Origin: Vulcanimicrobiota bacterium
Lineage (GTDB): Bacteria; Vulcanimicrobiota; Vulcanimicrobiia; Vulcanimicrobiales; Vulcanimicrobiaceae
NCBI GenBank assembly: GCA_003135555.1
Contig: PLCF01000089.1
Span: forward strand, 1 to 19,740
Direction of reading: 5' to 3'
DNA length: 19,740 nt
The translations under genes were made by a program, and so were the position numbers. Numbering within the stretch: position 1 is the stretch's first letter; each line of letters starts with the position of its first letter. The notes below the pieces were generated by a model. The model saw nothing but the letters and a program-made list of their open reading frames with translations. It was not told where the DNA came from and ran no database searches. Of this stretch, positions 15,795 to 19,740 are shown piece by piece.

Positions 15795-15802
15795 GCTAGG
15801 GT

Positions 15803-15831
15803 ATCGTAGGTCCGAGAGGAGAGAAAGTCAA
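15803..15831 (-). promoter_or_regulatory. Sigma70-type promoter of sufC (leaderless or nearly so)
   Basis: TTGACT (15831-15826), 17 bp, TACGAT (15808-15803), 8 nt before the ATG; no Shine-Dalgarno. Confidence 0.7.
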
Positions 15832-15850
15832 GGAAAGCCTGGACTATCTC
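15821..15850. promoter_or_regulatory. Imperfect 30-bp palindrome over both -35 boxes, candidate SufR operator
   Basis: GAGAAAGTCAAGG-aaag-CCTGGACTATCTC, arms match at 11/13. Confidence 0.55.
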
Positions 15851-15868
15851 CGACTTCCGTGGTACCGT
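15840..15868 (+). promoter_or_regulatory. Sigma70-type promoter of sufR
   Basis: TGGACT (15840-15845), 17 bp, TACCGT (15863-15868) with TGn extended -10. Confidence 0.55.
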
Positions 15869-15878
15869 GACCGTGGCA

Positions 15879-16538
15879 ATGCACGACCGGTTTTTCGACT
15901 CCACGCGCGGGAAAATCGTCGGCGCCCTTCGCGAGCGCCCGTCGGCATCGGCATTCGATCTCGCCACCTTGTTCGGACTGTCTCCCAACGCGATCCGCCA
16001 GCAGCTGGTCGTCCTCGAACGCGATGGGCTCATCGCCGGGCGCAGCGTCCGGCGCGGGAAGACCAAGCCGACGGTCGAGTACTCGCTCACCGCCGAGGCG
16101 GCGCGCTACTTTCCGCAGCGCTACGACAAGATGCTCAACGCCGTGTTGCGCGAGATCCGCGTCGCCGGCGGCGACGGGGCGGTCAAGGCCGTCTTCGAGC
16201 GGATCGGCAAGCGCACCGCGGACCGGCTGGGCGCCGTAACCGAGGAGCACCCGGCCGAGGAACACCTGACCAAGGTCGTCACGGCACTCAAGGCAGCCGG
16301 GGTAAACGCCGAGCTGCAGAAGACCGCGGACGGGACGTTGCTGCTGCACGAGCACGCCTGCCCGTACGCGACGGTGGTCGCCGAGAACCCCGAAGCTTGC
16401 GGCGCCATCCACACGATCCTCGACAGCGTCGCGCCCGGGCGAGCGCGCCAAGTCGAGAGCCTCGCAACCGGCGGCGCCGAATGCCGATTCGAGATAGACG
16501 TAGACACCGTGCCGAGAAAGACCACTGCAACCGCATGA
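15879..16538 (+). CDS. sufR: SufR-like Fe-S-sensing HTH transcriptional regulator
   Basis: STRGKIV...LSPNAIRQQLVVLERDGLI...YSLT...FPQRY; C-terminal C-X12-C-X27-C; divergent from sufC. Start ATG 15879 is preferred from the promoter position (GTG 15867/15873 are alternatives). Confidence 0.85.
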   Translation: MHDRFFDSTRGKIVGALRERPSASAFDLATLFGLSPNAIRQQLVVLERDGLIAGRSVRRGKTKPTVEYSLTAEAARYFPQRYDKMLNAVLREIRVAGGDGAVKAVFERIGKRTADRLGAVTEEHPAEEHLTKVVTALKAAGVNAELQKTADGTLLLHEHACPYATVVAENPEACGAIHTILDSVAPGRARQVESLATGGAECRFEIDVDTVPRKTTATA

Positions 16539-17065
16539 ATTTCGCTAAATTTCAAGAGCTCGTCGAGCATCGGACCGGATTTCGGACGATGGAGAAGCCG
16601 ACCGCGAGCGGTGAGTACTTCAGCGACTCGTGCGGCGATCTGTACACGTTCTTCTTGAAAGTCGGGCCGGGTGACGTGATCGAGGACGTCTCGTACTTCA
16701 CGACCGGGTGCGGTTTTGGGACCGCGACGTGTTCGCTGCTGGTCGAGTTGGCCAAGGGCAAGACGGTCGACGAAGCGCTGGCGATCACCGACGCCGACAT
16801 CGAAGCCGCCCTCGACGGGTATCCCGAAAAGAAGAAGGACTACCCCGAGCGGTCGCGCTTCGCGCTGCAGGCCGCGATCGAAGACTATCGGGCCAAGCGC
16901 GCGGCCGGCCAGATCACCGACGCGATGCTCGAAGAAGCGCGCGCGACCGTCGCGGCGGCTTCGGCTGCCGCGAACCAGCGCGGGAACGGCACGACCCAAG
17001 AGGATGCCAAGGCCGACCCGCGCGTCCTCGAAGACGCCGGCGTCCTCACCATCAAGCTCCATTAG
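16535..17065 (+). CDS. Atypical IscU/NifU-N-like scaffold protein
   Basis: ATGA overlap with the sufR stop; SCGD, TTGCGFGTATC, LAKGKTVDEA, ALQAAIEDY; third canonical Cys absent. Confidence 0.82.
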   Translation: MNFAKFQELVEHRTGFRTMEKPTASGEYFSDSCGDLYTFFLKVGPGDVIEDVSYFTTGCGFGTATCSLLVELAKGKTVDEALAITDADIEAALDGYPEKKKDYPERSRFALQAAIEDYRAKRAAGQITDAMLEEARATVAAASAAANQRGNGTTQEDAKADPRVLEDAGVLTIKLH

Positions 17066-17076
17066 AGGGCACTCCC

Positions 17077-17406
17077 TTGGCGCTCGAACGACGGTTGTTC
17101 GCCCCGCTGGCCGCGCTCGCACTGCTCGCCGCCGTTTCGCCACCCAGTCCGGCGCCCGCCCCGGCCACGCTCACCGTCATCTGCGGGCGCACGCCGCTCT
17201 ACCTGTTCCTGAGCGGCACCGATCGCCCCATGCGAGCACGCACGCCCGACGCGACACAGGGGCAGCGATTTGCGAAGGTGAGCGGACCTCGCACGACGCT
17301 CGAAAGCTTTCAATTCTACGAGACCGACGTTGCCGTGGTCGAACCGGGCTATCCGGCCAACGCGCACTATTGGATCAACAGCGTCTGCGCGATCCCCTCA
17401 ACGTAG
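17077..17406 (+). CDS. Small secreted hypothetical protein
   Basis: AGAGGG RBS, TTG start, signal peptide RRLFAPLAALALLAA, Pro-rich linker, Cys near each end of the mature domain. Confidence 0.6.
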   Translation: MALERRLFAPLAALALLAAVSPPSPAPAPATLTVICGRTPLYLFLSGTDRPMRARTPDATQGQRFAKVSGPRTTLESFQFYETDVAVVEPGYPANAHYWINSVCAIPST

Positions 17407-17430
17407 TCCGATCGGCCGCGCTCCCGGCGC

Positions 17431-18006
17431 CTACTTGGAGACGACTTCGACGTTTATGTCGAGGGTGACGTCGTTGCCGGCGATCAGCGCTCCGCCGGGC
17501 GTCGTGTGCCCCCAATTCAAGCCCCACTCACGGCGGTCGAGCGTTCCCGTCGCAGTGTAGCCGACGTGCGTGCGTCCCCGCGCGTCCGTCATCTTCCCGA
17601 TCGTTTTTGCGCTGAGCGTCACCGGTTTGGTTACGCCGTGCATCGTCAGGTCGCCGACCATGGTAAAGGCTTGCGGCGTTCCGGTGATGGCCTTGGAGAC
17701 GAACGTCATCGTCGGAAACTTGTCGACCTCGAACCAGTCGGGCGAGCGCAAGTCCTTGTCGCGATCGGCGCTCTGCGTGTCGATGTCCTTCGCGCTGAAC
17801 GTGACGCTCACGGCGGTCGGGAGATCGGTAGCGCCCAGCACGACCGTGCCGGCGGTGACCGGCACCTTCCCGCTGACCCGCGAGATCGCAAGATGCGTCA
17901 CGGTGAACGTGGCTTGCGTGTGGTTGGGGTCGATGGCGTAGTCCGCGGCGAAGGCCGGGGCGGCGAGCGCCGCGACGAACGCAGCGGCGAGGAGCGGACG
18001 AAACAA
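17431..18006 (-). CDS. yceI: YceI-family periplasmic polyisoprenoid-binding protein
   Basis: AGGAGG RBS with TTG; signal peptide ending AFA; YAIDPNHT, RDKDLRSPDWF, FPTMTF, GDLTMHGVTKPVTL. Confidence 0.92.
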   Translation of the reverse strand: MFRPLLAAAFVAALAAPAFAADYAIDPNHTQATFTVTHLAISRVSGKVPVTAGTVVLGATDLPTAVSVTFSAKDIDTQSADRDKDLRSPDWFEVDKFPTMTFVSKAITGTPQAFTMVGDLTMHGVTKPVTLSAKTIGKMTDARGRTHVGYTATGTLDRREWGLNWGHTTPGGALIAGNDVTLDINVEVVSK

Positions 18007-18120
18007 CCTGGCCTCCTAAGGTACGTAGGCGCGACGAGCGACCACCGTACGCCCGGATCATGAGAGAAGTCTGATCCGGCAACGGCGAGGACCGCGAAAC
18101 GTCTCGCGGAAGGCGCTCGA

Positions 18121-19740
18121 ATGCTCATGACCCGTCTACCCGCCGTCGTTGCGCTGGCCCTCATTCTCGGCGCGTCGCCGGCCCCCGTTCCGAGCGGTTC
18201 GTCGGGAGTCGTGGATGCACGCTACGCTGCCCTGGCCAAGGCCTACTTCGACGAGTCGTTCCGGGCCAATCCCGTCACCGCGACGGCGACTGGGATCCAC
18301 CGCTACGATACGCTGCTCGGGTCGTACTCGGCCGCCGACTATGCCGCGCAGCTGGCACGCGACCGCGGCTACCTCGAGGGATTGGCGGGGATCGATCCGG
18401 CGGCGATGTCCCCCCGCGGGGCGCTCGACCGGCGCATGCTCGAGAACGCGCTGCGCGACGATCTGCTGCTCAACGACACCATGCAGCTCTGGAAGCACCA
18501 GCCCGACGGCTACGTCCAGACCGCCAGCGGCGCCGTCTTCGTGCTGATCTCGCGCCGGTTCGCCGCGGCCGAGGTACGGCTGCACGACGCGATCGCGCGC
18601 GAGGAGCAGATCCCGCAATTGTACGCGCAGGCTCGCGAGAACCTCACGGCCGTCGACGCCGACACGGCCTCGATCGCGATCGACGACGCGAACGGCAGCA
18701 TCCAGCTGTTCGAGAAGACCGTCCCGCGGGCGTTCGCGGGGATCGGGGATCCCGCGACGCGCGCCCGCTTTCGCCGCTCGACCGCAACAGCCGTCGCGGC
18801 GACGAAGGATTTCGCGAGCTATCTCACGCGGCGCTGGAAGGCGCACCCGTCGGGAACGTTCGCGATCGGAGCTGCGAACTACAGCGCGCGGCTGAAATTC
18901 GAAGAGGGGATCGACATGCCCCTCGACCGGTATCTCGCCGTCGGGGAAAAGGCGCTGGCGCAAACGCATGCCGAGATGGTTGCCACCGCAAGGCGGATCG
19001 ATCCGAATGCCGGCACCGAGCAAGTCCTCGCGCGCCTCTACAAGATCCACCCGACGTCGGGGCAGCTGCTCGCCGCCGCGCAGAGCGACCTGGTGAAGCT
19101 GCGCAGGTTCGTCGTAACGCACCACATCATCGACCTACCGCCGGACGCCGACATCTCGGTGACCGAGACGCCGGAGTTCCTGCGTGCCACCACCGAGGCC
19201 TCGATGGACGCTCCCGGACCGCTCGAGCGCGTCGCGACCCACGCGTACTACAACGTGACGCCGGTCGATCCGCGCGATCCGCCCAAGGTGCAAGAGCAGT
19301 ACTTGGAGGCGTTCAACGACTTCGAACGTCCGATCATCTCCGCGCACGAAGTCTATCCCGGACACTTCGTCAACTTCACCATCGACAAGCACCTGCCGCT
19401 GACGCTGAGCGAGAGGCTGCTGACCGCGACGTCGTTCGTGGAGGGCTGGGCACACTACGACGAGCAGATGATGGTCGAGCAAGGCTGGGGCAACGGCGAC
19501 CCGCGGGTCAAGCTGATGCAGCTGCGCGAAGCGATCTGGCGCAACGCGCGCTACGTCGCCGGCGTGAAGATGCACACTCAGGGGATGACGGTCGCGCAGG
19601 CGGAGCGGCTATTCCGCACGCAGGCCTTCCTCGACCCGGCCAGCGCTCGCGCGGAAGCGCGGCGCGGGACGCAGGACGCCACCTACGGCTACTACACGTT
19701 CGGCAAGCTCGCGATCTTCAAGCTCCGCGCCGACTACAAG
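18121..19740 (+). CDS. DUF885-family secreted protein (metallopeptidase-like motif), truncated by window end
   Basis: Absent from the ORF track because it has no stop. Manual translation gives MLMTRLPAVVALALILGA...NPVTATATGIHRYD, HEVYPGH (19345-19365) and EGWAHY (19441-19458); GGAAGG RBS. Confidence 0.88.
   Translation, partial: MLMTRLPAVVALALILGASPAPVPSGSSGVVDARYAALAKAYFDESFRANPVTATATGIHRYDTLLGSYSAADYAAQLARDRGYLEGLAGIDPAAMSPRGALDRRMLENALRDDLLLNDTMQLWKHQPDGYVQTASGAVFVLISRRFAAAEVRLHDAIAREEQIPQLYAQARENLTAVDADTASIAIDDANGSIQLFEKTVPRAFAGIGDPATRARFRRSTATAVAATKDFASYLTRRWKAHPSGTFAIGAANYSARLKFEEGIDMPLDRYLAVGEKALAQTHAEMVATARRIDPNAGTEQVLARLYKIHPTSGQLLAAAQSDLVKLRRFVVTHHIIDLPPDADISVTETPEFLRATTEASMDAPGPLERVATHAYYNVTPVDPRDPPKVQEQYLEAFNDFERPIISAHEVYPGHFVNFTIDKHLPLTLSERLLTATSFVEGWAHYDEQMMVEQGWGNGDPRVKLMQLREAIWRNARYVAGVKMHTQGMTVAQAERLFRTQAFLDPASARAEARRGTQDATYGYYTFGKLAIFKLRADYK

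Overview
GC-rich bacterial chromosome segment. The lineage is not determinable from the sequence; the style suggests a soil taxon such as Eremiobacterota/Vulcanimicrobiota (inference only). Left: a minus-strand branched-chain-amino-acid-type ABC importer (SBP, livH, livM+livG read as one ORF, livF). It is divergent from an IclR regulator heading a TPP-dependent 2-oxoacid/acetoin dehydrogenase-like operon (E1 alpha, E1 beta, E2, no E3), followed by an SDR, an orphan TRAP DctP and a lipoprotein. Right: a minus-strand sufC-sufD-sufS-sufU operon lacking sufB, divergent from sufR plus an atypical IscU-like gene, then a small secreted protein, yceI and a truncated DUF885 gene. The standout is a 126-bp repeat present twice in inverted orientation (9107-9232 and 12271-12396, 123/126 identical). 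Each copy sits exactly on a start codon inside an operon and is bounded by a duplicated AATGG. It carries a 38-codon ORF that starts at the apparent original ATG and stops 1 nt before the duplicated ATG, so it looks like a MIRU-like, start-codon-targeting, non-polar insertion element.
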